Shown: positions 29,443 to 43,577 of the stretch, piece after piece | How the letters are laid out: each line of letters starts with the position of its first letter | Numbering within the stretch: position 1 is the stretch's first letter | Assembly: GCF_006345805.1 (NCBI RefSeq) | Contig: NC_042997.1 | Span: 4,278,001 to 4,342,000, forward strand | Source: Octopus sinensis | Lineage: Eukaryota | Reading direction: 5' to 3' | DNA: 64,000 nt | The notes under the pieces: model-generated | The model's input: the letters and a program-made list of their open reading frames with translations, nothing else | Told to the model about the DNA's origin: nothing | Database searches by the model: none | Position numbers and translations under genes: made by a program

Positions 29443-30038
29443 GTGTATATGTATGTATGTGTGTGTATTTGTGTGTGTATGTGTATATATGTGTATATAT
29501 GGACTAGTGTGCTGTGTGGCATGTGTGTGTGTGGATATGTGTGTGTATGCGTGTATGTGAGTATGTGTGTTATGTGTATATATATTTTTCTGTGGCGTAT
29601 ATGTATGTGTGGTCGTGTGTGTATATATACATGTGTGTATACGTGTATGCATGTGAGTGTGTGTATGTATACATATGTGTATGTGTAGATATGTATATGT
29701 ATGTGTAAGTGTATATTATGTATATATATGTGTGTGTATGTATGTGTGTATGTATATGTATATATGTTTGTATGTGTGTGTATGTATGTATATGTGTGCA
29801 TAGGTATAAGTGAGAATCTCCTTATTTACCTAAAACTGTGTCCCCTTTTTATTATATATAGATTTTTAAAATTTTTAATTTTTTTTTTTTTTATTTATTC
29901 TTCTATCTAACTTACACTGACTCCTTGACCACTCCCCCAAGTATGATATTTTGCGCTATGCCTACCCCCAAAAGTCCCCCACCAACACCCCTTTAAACCT
30001 GCCTAAATGTATAAATGCCAATACAATTCTTCTTAACT

Positions 30039-30089
30039 AGCTTCCTGAAGATTTCTCTTGAATGAAACAGTTCTAGTCCTGTAGAAGCT
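30039..30089 (+). ncRNA. Type I hammerhead ribozyme (right arm)
   Basis: Stem I AGCTTC/GAAGCT, core CTGAAGA, stem II TTC/GAA with TCTT loop and a U.U closing mismatch, GAAA, stem III ACAG/CTGT with an 8-nt loop, triplet GUA. Cleavage after A30083. Confidence 0.85.
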
Positions 30090-30120
30090 CCTTCTATATA
30101 ATAAATATATTATCTATACA

Positions 30121-30168
<48 letters not shown>

Positions 30169-30637
30169 ATATATATATATATAGATATATATATATATAT
30201 ATATAATGTGTAAATTATTCATACAAAATGGTTTGTGTTCATGTATAGACAGAGCAGATAGTATTTACAATATTTAAATCTACTTCTGAAGGAAAAAAAA
30301 ATGAATAAAAACAATATAACGATTGTAGACATTTAATATCAGACACTTGCAAAAACTTTTGGTTAAAGAAATATTGAACTACAATGGAATATCAGGCACG
30401 TTGAATTGAAATTCGGAAATTAAAAGAGAAAAAAATGTACAAATATAGGGAACTTTCAGAAAAACATGTAATATCGAAAATATAATTAAGTACCAGTTTA
30501 CATGAAATAATAGATTAGGTTCTCTCTGCTCTCAGATATTATTTCTACTTCTGAGCTAATCTATTACATGTGCTATACATATATTTCCCTTATATAAATA
30601 TCTATATCTATACACACACACATATATATATATATAG

Positions 30638-30670
<33 letters not shown>

Positions 30671-31981
30671 TATTATATATATATATACATGGTGTGTATG
30701 TGTGTTTGTGTGTGTGTGTATTTATTATTGACATTGCTATTAGAAGCATATCATTCGCAGACTATATTATATATTCATAATTCATACAAGCACATGCAGA
30801 TACATAATCAAACACATACTCGCGAACGCAGGCACATACACACGCACGCAAGCACACAAGCACAGTCACACACGTATCTTTATATGTATGTATGTATATA
30901 TCCAAATATGTACAAATCCAAACACGAGTAACGAGGCATACATATATATACACATTCCTCAGCGTATAGACAGCAGTCATCTCGCTTAATCTTCTGTAAT
31001 TGTTAAGTTAACTTGATCCTGTTTTTCTCTACGTACAAATCTATTTTCTCGGATGTAGTCATATAACGAACGAATATCTACAACACGTATTAAAGAACGT
31101 TGCTTGTATTTTGAAGAAGTATATTTCTTAAAGAGACATGGACCTCGCTTCACCTCGACTGGTTATTCTATAGACCGTTTTAATTATTTTAATTTTTTTT
31201 TCCAAATGCCATAAGAGAGGGATTTACTCTAGTAGTGCGTATCTATTGCATAGATAATTATCAAACGATGGATTTATTTTCGGTGTAGACTTGGATAGTT
31301 GTATACGTAGCAGTTATAGTTGTATACTGCATGCGTGATTGTTAATGACACTAATATGCAGGCTAATGGTTTTCTTTCTTTTCGGATGCGTCTTTAATTA
31401 CAAAGATCGACATGTTTCTCCTGTTATAACGAACAGACGTATGCTACGTAATTCAATAGTTTTCAGCTTAATGTGTTAATACAACCGAACTTCTCACTTA
31501 GGTATTTCCAATTTCCACTGAAATTTGTATTTCTTTACTATTTTACTTACTTCTGAAGAAGTCGATTGGTTGTGCACATAGCGATTTCTGGGTATATTTA
31601 GTGATTGTGTTTTCTGTTAATCTAATTACTGTTTTTTTCTTTCTTAATTTTTTCCAAATCTCCATTAGAAGAGAGATATTGTAATCAATATTTGTTGATA
31701 GCTAGAAACAGATAACCCAGGCCGCGTCTAGGTTGTGTGCACACGATTTGTGCTCAGATATTTGAGTGGAAAGAAACGATGGAAACGGGTTCGTACGAAG
31801 AGTAAATGCTGGATTAAAATAAAGGTTGTATTAAAGAATCTGCACACTAGAATACAATTGATTCATTTTCAATTGGAAATGTGTAGTTTGAAATAGATCT
31901 TCCGTTCGGAGGCAATGATGGGAAATGATATGATATGACATATATGCCATATATACAAGCATATATATATACATACATATA

Positions 31982-32014
<33 letters not shown>

Positions 32015-32085
32015 GATATATATATATATATTATATATATATTATATATATATATATATACATATATATATACATATACATATAT

Positions 32086-32126
<41 letters not shown>

Positions 32127-32133
32127 TTATATA

Positions 32134-32195
<62 letters not shown>

Positions 32196-35100
32196 CATAA
32201 AGGAGTTTTGGGTCTAAAAAGCAATATTGTTTATTTTACCTTTGCTCTCCGGACGACGATCGTGCCTGTGGGAAATAATATCAAGAAGTCTATTTTTTTT
32301 TTTACCGTTTTCACTAATATTGGATACAAAATCCTTCTAATATTTATATTCACTTTGACCAAACATTTAATTTTTACATAAATCCCACTTCAATGAAATT
32401 CTCGAGAATAACAATTTAACTTATACAACCTTTGTTTTCTAAGTCATGGATTGCTAATTTACATCTTTTCTATTTGTAAAGTTAAAAATTGCACACATAC
32501 ACATGCATACACACACACGCATATCAATGCACACGCATGTATATCTATAACAATCTATCTATATGTATGCATGGTTGTGTGTGTATATTCATGTATGTGT
32601 GTAAGAATGAAGGGACAACGAAAAGAAAGTGGCACCCAACACACTTTTAGGTTTTACGTATATTACTTAATAACAGTTTAGTTTGGTTCAAAACATCTTA
32701 ATATGTCGTAGGTTCGTACAACGAACTTAGCTCATTAGTGAATTGAAGATTAATTAACATGATGGCTAGTAGATTCTAAGCTTATATTGGCCGACTAAGC
32801 TCACGCGGTAGTAATAGTTTGAAAGCAACAGCTATTCTTATCTTTGTTCTCAGATACGCGTAGTCAGATAGAATGTTGGTGGCTAACTGACACTGCAATA
32901 TCTGGAGTCGGTGATGTTGTTTATCGAATAACATCAATTCGGTGAATTTGATGCTACATGTATCGCAAAAGGCTGTTCTGTGGAACTAGCGAGAGACCAT
33001 CAATATATTAGTGACAACATCCCTCTGGAAGTAACCAGATTTATGCTACTTAATAAAATTTGTTGGTGCTAGATTGGATTGTCAGCGGAGATAGAACTGT
33101 AGGCTATACTGGTGAGCCGAATTAAGTGTCGTACACTTAATTATGAAACGAACGAGCTCATGTTGGTACATCTGGCTCATCTAGAGCCAGTGTTTGTAAT
33201 TCAAAACAGGGCATACTTCTGATGTGAAAAGTAAGATGGTGAATACTGGAGAGTGGCAGAGTATGTGCAATATCTCGTGAAGAGAGATTTGCAATTGCGT
33301 GGTTCCACAAATCACATGATTTTTAAGATCACAGTTCGTTCTCCTGCGATCATTACAGTATTCGTGGGAATCTAGTTGATTATCATCATCGAATCATTAT
33401 TCAAGCGATATAACATTTGTGGTTTACCAAAGGCATGTTGTCTTTTTACCAGGTATGTTTTTATCTTTTTATGAAGGTCAAGCTAGTGTTTCGTATGACC
33501 ACGGATATTGTGGAATACAATGTAATCATCACTGAGATATGGTGTGTGACCTTAGGTGATATTTGATACGTTGAAACGCGCATAGCGATGCATTAAATGT
33601 TTATAAATTCCATCCTAGGATTCTTGTTATTGTTATTATCATATTTATCCAATATTATATCGGTATAACTTGATGCAATCCCGAAAACATGCTTTACTAG
33701 TCAGCATGATTAGACGGTGGGTGGCGTAATTGAATAGGAGTTTTATTTGCATATTCAAGACTTTAACATAAACAAATTTAAACTATATTATATGCGTGTG
33801 TGTGCGAGTGTATGTGTGTGTATGTGTGTGTGCATAAACTCACACACTTTTATACATGAGCGTGAATATATGCTTGTGTGTATGACTGTGTGTATGTGTA
33901 TAAACGTGTTTGTGTATGTATACAGTGAAAATTCCATTTAGTAATCTTGTTTGATGTATTTCAATGACAGAAGAAGTGACATTGATGTTATGCTTTTGGT
34001 GCACAGAATTGTGCCTATGCATTTGCGTGTGTATATGTAAGTCTGTGTGCACGTGAGTATGATTGCGTTTAAAAGTGTGTGTAGGTGTGCCTGTACGAAA
34101 CGAATTTTTAGTATTTTTATTTTCTCCAATGATATTACATTATCTTTATCAGCTTTACCTCTACATTCAATTAGCAATTTTCGCAACAATCCAACGTGTG
34201 TATTTACTGATAGAAGATGATATCACCGCTGTCGTATCGGATTATTTCACTTGTTACTAAATTATTGAAGATTCTCTGCAGTACATATTACGTTTCGCAG
34301 TCAATGCATAATGATTTCCATTAACGTAAAACAATATAGTTGAGTGTAGAGGAAGTAGTGGAATCCATACCCTTGCGAATCATAAATGTGCAGTGAGATC
34401 ACTTGCGTACGTTTCGATTTGAACTACCTTTGGTAAAAATCTGTGGAAAGATATCACCGGGAGGAAAGTGAGATATATTCTGATGCATGAAATATCGGGT
34501 ATAGGGAGTAGTGACGGAAAAGGAGTCTGGATGCACCAAAATTTATAAGGAAGATTGTGACATGGGAATGACTAAGGCGTAAGGGCATTAGACCAGTTAT
34601 CGCCGTTAAAAGACCGCCATAGAATCGATAAAAATATGACGTACCTGAGAACATGCAAACACTTCATCACTAAGAGATACACTCTATCCACTGGCCAACT
34701 TGAATATTTTCAATTATGCCTTATATTCTATAGCAGTCTTTTTACGGTGATTCCTGTTCTCGTACACGCTAGATTATTCAGGGTAGCAATAGCAGCGTCT
34801 TAAATTTGGAAGCACTACACACTTTCGTCGCTCACTTAAGCCTTCGTTGATGACTAAATTATATTTTTCTGTTAATTGATTAACCAACCCTCGTTATGAT
34901 GTCCTAAGTATGCTAATCATGTGTTTTTGATATGAGTTCCTCGGTGGTAGCAAATCTCCAGATCCATACCATAAATGCATTGAGAGTTTGGGCCAGTGAT
35001 GTCTTCTTGATAAGATATACGTCTGTAAAACTTTATAAGGTTTTTATTGCCCCTCTGGAAAATGATTTGAAGTTATATTTTGAGAGATAAATGCATATCT

Positions 35101-35725
35101 GTTGTGTGGTCTGTACTGCATATGGATGACAAATGGTTAGCGATGAAACGAATTGGAAGGAATGGAGTAGTTAACTGCATAAATGTGAGCATTGTTAGAT
35201 ATGACAACACGCAGCTTATTAATATTTTGAAGGAAGAGAATCCAAGTCAGAAAGAAACAGGAAACATTAGGCTTATTTCAATTTATTGTAGAAATAAATC
35301 GCTCAAAATACTATTGTGATCTGAAAGGTACCGTTGCACGAGTGCTTCGCTTCAACGTAGTAAATAGATTGTAAGACATATGTAACTGCGTGCGTGTGCG
35401 CGTGTGCGCGCATGTGTTTGTGTGTGTCTGTGTGTGTGTGCGCGCGCGCGCTTTTGTGAAAACCTGGAGCGCGAGGAGTGGATGAAACAGGATTTTATAA
35501 AGAATCTATCAGCACTCAAACTCAGACGGCTTGCTGCTCAACTCGGAATGAATAGGCACATCTCTAAATACATCCGTTTGTAATAATGTAACGCTGAAAA
35601 TGAAAAGGCGTTGGCAATTTGAAATGTTTATACACACACATGTATATGTATTATATATATATATGTATATGTGTGCGTGTATATATATATATATCTGTGT
35701 GTGTGTTATATATATATACATATAT

Positions 35726-35767
<42 letters not shown>

Positions 35768-35884
35768 ACATCCACTATATACATACATACATACATACAT
35801 ACATACATACATACATACATACATACATACATACATACATACATTGTATACTTATTCGGGCATTTCCGCATTTCCTTCTATGTC

Positions 35885-37110
35885 TTTTATTGTTACCGGT
35901 AACTCGCCAACCACATTCTACATTACATTCTCTTTATGTATCCTCCTGATTTTAATGGTGAGATTAGCGTATCTTCAAAGGGCTCGCAGTATGTCTGTAT
36001 CAGTCTGGACAAACTATCCGCATGCCCTAGATTTTTTACGTAAATATTCCTTTTTGTAATCCTAATTCAGTAATATTGTGCCATCGCTGCAGTCAATTTG
36101 CTGCGTGTGCTGGTATTCCTTTTTTAGAACTGTATATTGAAAGTAATGAGCGATGATCTGTGTGTAGATAGAGAAACTTCCATGAATAAATCTATGGAAT
36201 TTTTTCACACCGAATATGATTGCTAATGCTTCATTTACTATTTAACTAATTCCTTTCTGCTGGTAATAACGATCGTGACGCATGGGGTACAGCCTTTTCT
36301 CTTCCATCGTTGTATTTGTGCAGAAACACCGCTCTGACACCATAATCACTCGCATCTTTAGCCAATATAAAATCCAGCTTCGGATCAAAATGAGTTGATG
36401 ATGTTAAAATATTTTTTAATTCGTCAAAAGCATTCTGGAACTTATCAGTCCAGCACCATGTTGCCATTTTCCTTGAAAATCATTGAGCGGCGCCGTTACA
36501 TTGTATATATTGGGAATATAAATTTAGTACTAATTTAATAATCCCAATAATTCTTGTAGCACAGTCACATTATTTGGTGTAGGCATATTTTTTTAATCTG
36601 TTGCCCTGGATGGAGGTGGTTTCTGTCCGTTTTTATCTTTTATTTGGCTCAATTATTTAACATTTTTCAGAAAGAAATTCCATTTTTCCTTCACTTTATT
36701 TAAAACCGCATTCTCTTATCATTTCGAACACCCTTTCTATCTCTGCTATATGCTGCTCGTGTGATTTGCTTTTTGTTAGGATATCGTCTAAATACGCTGT
36801 TCGCAAAAATCAGTGTCCGTTAGCATTGTATCCATTACTTGTTATAATGTGAAAGCGGCCAATTTTACCGCGAAAATTTAAATAAGCCAGAGAGTGTATT
36901 AATGGCTAATTGTCAGCATTCTTCTTCAACTCCGATTTGTAAATATGATTCCCAGAGGTCAAATGTTGAGAAGAGTTTCCGTCCATTCAATTTTGCGAAC
37001 ACGTTCTTAGGACTGCACAATGAATAGCTATGTGAAATGATGCAATCATTCGACCCTGTTGAAAACTTTGCAAAAACTCGCACAGACTGTGCACAGGCTT
37101 TCTGAGTTTC
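35885..37110 (-). pseudogene. Gypsy/Ty3 LTR retrotransposon pol relic (RT-RNase H)
   Basis: FAKLNGRKLFSTFD, QVMDTML, AYLDDIL, DASDYGV...HASRSLLPAERN, GIPAHAANxLQRW and HADSLSRL. Confidence 0.88.
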
Positions 37111-37391
37111 ATAACTCCTTGTGAGTTTTCTTTAATCCTCGTGAGTTTATCAATTCCTCTTCACCATTGTTGTAATCTGTTGTAATCCAATGTCATACTG
37201 TTATAACATCCACTCCCGTGTAACAGTTAGTTAGTTATACAAGTACGAACCACTGCTAATGACCGACAACCCAAACTCTCGAGTTCAGATTAATTGTAAA
37301 GACTCCCCATACAACTCATCACGTGAGAAGGATGTTTCCTTATAATTATTATTATCCTCATGACATATGTATACGTGTCTGTATATATACA

Positions 37392-37422
<31 letters not shown>

Positions 37423-37423
37423 C

Positions 37424-37482
<59 letters not shown>

Positions 37483-37515
37483 ATATATATTATATATATC
37501 TATATATATATATAT

Positions 37516-37546
<31 letters not shown>

Positions 37547-38050
37547 TATATATGTATACATACACACATATATATGTGTGTGTGTGTATGTGTGTATATA
37601 TATATATATAATGAGAGAGAGAAAGAGAAAGAGAGAGAAATGATTTTCTACCGTATAGACACTATTAATAGTAAAAACAGGAATATCGGGCGGCCGTGGC
37701 TCGGATATTAAGACAAGCTGAACGGTAACCTCCCAGCAGTCAATATAACTAACAACAATTTAGAGCAAACGTCCTTGGAGGGAACAAACGTCCTTGGAGA
37801 CTGTCGTGTCAAAACATTGTTGCAACCAACATTAACAGACTTAGAAGTGTATGGCAAAAGTAAAAGTAGCTGCAAACATACTGACTGCACCAACCCGTAA
37901 TCCTTATGTTTGCAATATATGTGGGCCTATTTGCAAATAGTTCGCGGGATTCAAATGTCGTATTTCACGTACGCCTTATGACAGACAATGGAATAGTTTT
38001 TATTCATATCCTCACACGTTAAAACTGGCGGAAGTGTCTATGACATATAT

Positions 38051-38136
<86 letters not shown>

Positions 38137-38739
38137 CGGAAAGGGATGTCGTCTGTATCAATGTGCGTTGCGAAAAGTTTCACCTAAACAGTCACCTTTC
38201 ACAAAGGACGTCTTCGTGCATGACACCACTCTCAAGCTATTATGTCCTCAATCGTTCTCCAGTTCCCTATATTGTCTTTCAAAAATGGCTCCACTAACTC
38301 TGTAACCCTTGATTTTATTCCTTTCATGAACTCGCTTAGAGCCTGCTGCATGGCGTACATCAACTGGTGAGCTGCACATCACGCCGCAGAATTGTTTTTT
38401 TTTATTGAACAACAAATTCTGCGTGTTTAATGTTTGCTTGAGCTCTGAATTGTCTGCAGCAAGTTTACTAATATTATATATGATTCCAGTCCCTATTTGA
38501 ATTAAAGTTTTGGGCTTACATTAGAAACTGTAGAAGTGTATTTTCTGTGGGTTTTTTTTTTTTACTTTAAAGTTTAGCATTATATTCGGTATTTATATTT
38601 CAGTCATTGCAAGCCACATTTTTTAATTATATATGAATTTATCCGTGCCCTGTATTGCTTTATTGAAACACATGGAAATATTCTATATCGTGAAGCTCTA
38701 AATAACAACAGTTATTAAAACAATGTGATATATATACGC

Positions 38740-39400
38740 AACAAACATCCAATAATAAATAAACTATGTAGAAATAGATAAAGGGTAGTCATCTGTTTTA
38801 ATCCCAACATCAACATAAAACTCTCCACACAGACAGCTAAATTATGCTTTCAAATACTGCAATAAAACATCCACACGAAACACAAATACTACAAACTAAT
38901 AAAGAAGGATAACATAAAATTGCCATACCCCATTATCAAAAAGTGTGTATAACATGTAACCAATTACAATCAACAAACTTATCTGAAAGTCGAAACGTAA
39001 ATCACACCACAATTGCTACACACTGCCTCTAGAATAAATCTGTCTCTCAAGTATGGTATCAAGCGCAATGGTAACTAGGAACACGACACGATCCACCACA
39101 GCTATGTATACGTGATCTACAGTAAAACATTTCAAAAGAAGATACAACTAATTCTCACATACATTTAGTAGCTCAACAGAAAAAAAATTATACCTTACTA
39201 GTCACACATATATGGAAAATAAAATGAAAAATATACCTTTTAGCTTCACTTGGAATATACTCGTACACTTACAACTATACCAAGATAACCAAAAACCTTG
39301 CTGACTTTGTACTTATGAATCCTACTAGATTCCCACAACTTAGGCCAAATTCTGAACCGACAATTTGAACTAGTCCCTTTATGCAAGCATAAAATGTTAC
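38740..39400 (+). pseudogene. Decayed PLE C-terminal region with GIY-YIG endonuclease (different family from the 6.7-kb element)
   Basis: Frameshifted remnants FNPNINIK, KHKYYKLIKKDNIKLPY, CPLxNxCLxxMVYQA, FKRRYN and HIWKIK..FTWNIL. Confidence 0.6.
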
Positions 39401-40710
39401 GAAGACTAACAGATTTTATACCAATAAATTTTGCTAACGCCTAAACTTATGTCTTACCTACTCCTCTCCCCCAACTACAACATAAACTATTCCCATATTG
39501 TACATAAAAAAGCATTTTTACAGCTGTACATTAAACAAATACTGTAGAAAATATGTAGCAGTTACTCCAACACTTGCAAATATATCCACATATATTTCCT
39601 AATGTAAGTGCAAGATAGATTGAAGACACTTTACTGTTTCGCTTCTTTTTAACTTTGACTTTATTGTATTAATTTATTTCTAATTATAAAGCGTTTAACT
39701 AATATATAATAGTGCTTAGAAAGAAGATAACAAAGAAGAATATATTCACATCAAATATTCACTTGTTACATTGTTTATTTTCGGTTAAATAAGTGTAATC
39801 CACTTACCAAGGGGAAGCGGTATGGGTTTGCAGCAAAATTATCATTTTATTTACCGCATGTATTAATGCACTCATTTATCTTGCATTCTTGATGTCTGAA
39901 GTTAAATTAACTATTTTTCAAAACAATGCTGGATGAGCTACAATTCCGAATGAGAAAAACGGTAGAGTTAAATATTTTTTGTCGCCACACCTTTCCATAT
40001 ATTTATGTAAGACGTGAGAACGGAGACATTGTTAATGATATACAAATACATATAAACTTCTGATCACGTTTTCACATTTCTTAAATTAATATTTTGACCC
40101 GAGAGGCTTAAATAATAATGGATGACATATATTTTGATATTGTTTGAATTTCGGGAAGGAGCTGGTGTATTGAGATTGAGTGTTAATTGTAAAAGCCAGT
40201 TCATATAAATTGGACAGAACTATAGGTTAAATCCGTAGGAATATTCTTGTATGCAATAAGAGAAAATGAAAATTATATTTTAATTCTGTTACTCTTATAA
40301 AGTGTATTACTGATATCCTTCGTGCTGGGTAAATGAGAAGCATGTTTAATTGGAAGATTTAATTGGAGCTTCAAATATATATGTCTATAGGGACTAATTA
40401 AATGGTGTCGTACTATAATTATGCATTCAAGACTTGTTACATAGTCCTTGCAATGTTAATACTGTTACATATTTACTAAACTTAAGAAGACATTTGAAAA
40501 ATAGCTTTCTGAACCGAATCGTTAAAGGCTTAACTTACACATAATTGTATAGCATAATACATATCAGAACAAAACTAGCCCCAATAAAGGAAAACAATAC
40601 TAGTGTAGTTAAATTTAACAACACCATAAAGACACCCTCTATGGCATATATACATTATATGCAAGCATGTATATTTGCATATAGAATAGACAAGGAGAAA
40701 AGGAACATTA

Positions 40711-41010
40711 GGTGCAGGCGTTGCTGAGTTGTAACACATGGTTCTGGGTTCAGTCCTACTTCGTTGAATTTCAAGTATCTTCTCTCGCCGCTACTCGACT
40801 GAAGCATTGTGAGTGGCAGTCATATTTCTTCAACAAATACAACGCTCGACAACCGGAGTTGGTTTGTTTACTTCCTTGTAATTTAGCTGTTCGGCAATAG
40901 ATACCCATGGATAAAGTACTAGGCGTAACAAACATTAAGTACTCGTGTCGATTAGTTCGACGAGGCCGCAGTTTAATAACTGAAGCAAGTGAATAATAAA
41001 CAGTAAAAGA
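40711..41010 (+). mobile_element. tRNA-derived SINE
   Basis: B-box-like GGGTTCAGTCC, and tail GATAAAGTACTAGGC..GTCGATTAGTTCGAC..GGCCGCAGTTTAATAACTGAAGCAAG. Confidence 0.7.
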
Positions 41011-41073
41011 TACTAGTGAACACATTTCATATCCTTTAGAAATGGTGGCGATTTGGTTTAATATTCATTTTTC

Positions 41074-42952
41074 GGTTAATATAGGGGGTAACAAATATCA
41101 GAAAATCAAAAAAAAAATGTGTGTAATAGGTGTAAAACAACTTCCTATGAACGAATATGAAAAAAAAAATTCGCGCACGCGAAAGGGGGGTGGGGGAGAG
41201 GCCTCGGAAAATTCACATCGGGAAGTTCCGAAAGCGTCTGAGGAGCTGACCCGGGCACCAAAACAAAAAAAAAATAGTGTAATATGTGTAAAACAACTTG
41301 CTCTAAACGAATATGACAAAAAAAAATGCGCTCTCGCGAAAGAGGGGTGGGGGAGAGGCCTCGGAATATTTATATCGGGAATTTCCGAAAGCGTCTGAAC
41401 CGGGCACAAAAACAAAAACAAAAACAGCGTAATAGGTGTAAAACAACTTGCTCTAAACGACTATCATGAAAAAAATGCGCGCTCGCGAAAGGGGGGTGGG
41501 GGAGAGGCTTCGGAAATTTCACATCTTCAGTCCACGGCCTTTAAACTAAGAAAAAATAGTGTAATTGGTGTAAAACTACTTGTTCTAAACGAGTATCAAG
41601 AACACACACTCACACATGAATCATAAACTCCGTATTTCGCAAAAAAAATAATAAAGAGAAGAAATTCTGGAAAAAGTGAAGAAATGTTGGATCTCCGCCA
41701 TGTGAATCAAAATACGTGTCAGAAACATCTTGAAATACTACAGAAATTATGTTACGAAAATGATAATGTATACATACCTCTTTGAGTGGTCCATCGATAA
41801 TGATGATAAAGAAATGAGTTGGATTTGAACTCAGAATATTGACTAACACAACTACATACTACAAGACTCAAAATATTCAGCCAAGTCACCACCCTTTAAC
41901 TAGCAATAATAATAACATCAATAACATAACAGCCAAAAGATTTATTTGTTCTGAAAATAACAATCATAGTAAATAAATATGTTCTTTAATATTCACATTC
42001 ATGTGCACAGTTAAACACACTTACATACAAACAGTCACGCATGCATAATACAGAACGGAACACATAAATGAAGGATGCATTACTTAGTATATATTACATC
42101 TAGAGAATTTTGATTAATAAGTCAAATATGCAAATTATAAAGATAATTAATTGCTTTACTAAACAGTGTTGTAAAGGTGAAAAAATAAATTTGGGAAAAA
42201 AATACACGCCAAAACTAATTAATAAAGGATAATTAGGGAAGGATTGACACAAAATAATTTTTTCTGTCTCTTTTTTTCTGATAAATGCATCTTAATAAGT
42301 GAGAAGAATTGCATATATCTGAACTATTTCAAAGAAAAGCATAAATTTAATGTTTAAAATAGCTTTAACCAAGGAATGAGATCCAACATTTCTTCACTTT
42401 TTCCAGAATTTCTTCTCTTTATTTTTTTTTTTTGCGAAATACGGAGTTTATGATTCATGTGTGAGTGTGTGTTCTTGATACTCGTTTAGAACAAGTAGTT
42501 TTACACCAATTACACTATTTTTTCTTAGTTTAAAGGCCGTGGACGAGCGCGCATTTTTTTCATGATAGTCGTTTAGAGCAAGTTGTTTTACACCTATTAC
42601 GCTGTTTTTGTTTTTGTTTTTGTGCCCGGTTCAGACGCTTTCGGAAATTCCCGATATAAATATTCCGAGGCCTCTCCCCCACCCCTCTTTCGCGAGAGCG
42701 CATTTTTTTTTGTCATATTCGTTTAGAGCAAGTTGTTTTACACATATTACACTATTTTTTTTTTGTTTTGGTGCCCGGGTCAGCTCCTCAGACGCTTTCG
42801 GAACTTCCCGATGTGAATTTTCCGAGGCCTCTCCCCCCCCCCTTTCGCGTGCGCGAATTTTTTTTTTCATATTCGTTCATAGGAAGTTGTTTTACACCTA
42901 TTACACACTTTTTTTTTTGATTTTCTGATATTTGTTACGCCCTATATTAACC
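41074..42952. mobile_element. Non-autonomous foldback DNA transposon with long modular TIRs and an 8-bp TSD (Merlin-like; superfamily uncertain)
   Basis: TIR arms 41074-41695 and 42378-42952 are near identical, with termini GGTTAATATAGGG/CCCTATATTAACC. Direct repeat CATTTTTC at 41066-41073 and 42953-42960. Internal ~150-bp subrepeats x3.5. Confidence 0.88.
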
Positions 42953-43194
42953 CATTTTTCAAGAGACACATTACCTGTTATCCCTGTTAAATATGTACGT
43001 AAATAAACCAATTCCAAACGCATATGTATTCATACATATATGCATATACATATACAAATAAATATAATTATATTTGACAAATTCTAGAAAGGAACGACGG
43101 CGCTAATAATAACGAAGAAATAGAAGGTTGTTTCTCGCAAATTCTGATGACTTTTTTCTCAATATATTTATATACATATGTATATATATGTATG

Positions 43195-43300
<106 letters not shown>

Positions 43301-43304
43301 ATAT

Positions 43305-43577
43305 GCTCAGCGGTTCGAGCGTCTAGCTTACGGTCGTGAGGTTGTGAGTTCGATTCCAGGACCGTGCTGCGTGTTGTGTTCTTGAGCAATACACTTTATT
43401 TTACATTGCTCCAGTTCACTCAGCTGTAGAAATAAGTTGCGACGTCACTGGTGCGAAGCTGTATCGGCGTTTCCCTTTCCCTTGGATAAAATCAGTGGCG
43501 TGGTGAGGGAGGACGATATTCATGGGCGACTGCTGACCGTCCTTAAACTACATTGCCCGGACTTGTGCTTCGGGGAA
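43305..43577 (+). mobile_element. tRNA-derived SINE with core-like domain
   Basis: A-box-like GCTCAGCGG, B box GAGTTCGATTCC at 43346-43357, then TGTGTTCTTGAGCAATACACTT..CCAGTTCACTCAGCTG. Confidence 0.8.

Larger units (their letters stand above)
23985..30107. repeat. ~6-kb inverted repeat (arms ~24058-26650 and ~27905-30107, spacer ~1.25 kb), likely a non-coding PLE-type pLTR structure
   Basis: Unique blocks match in inverted orientation: 24058-24390 vs 29800-30107, 24860-25200 vs 29020-29370, 25650-25790 vs 28870-29010 and 26410-26640 vs 27970-28190. The left arm has ~430 extra bp. Confidence 0.92.

Noticed and set aside
23985-30107. Pure assembly artefact explanation for the large palindrome
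   Set aside because: The arms differ by substitutions and a ~430-bp indel and enclose a 1.25-kb heterogeneous spacer, which argues for a real structure. Read-level confirmation is still needed.
38130-38450. Possible Tc1 N-terminal relic on the minus strand
   Set aside because: Only a few residues resemble the HTH/GRP region; not supportable.
41238-41270. CTGAGGA-GC...GC in the TIR subrepeat
   Set aside because: No GAAA follows stem II and it is absent from the other subrepeats.
43305-43360. tRNA gene suggested by A/B boxes (also at 40.7, 55.9 and 59.0 kb)
   Set aside because: No cloverleaf, and the boxes continue into SINE bodies.
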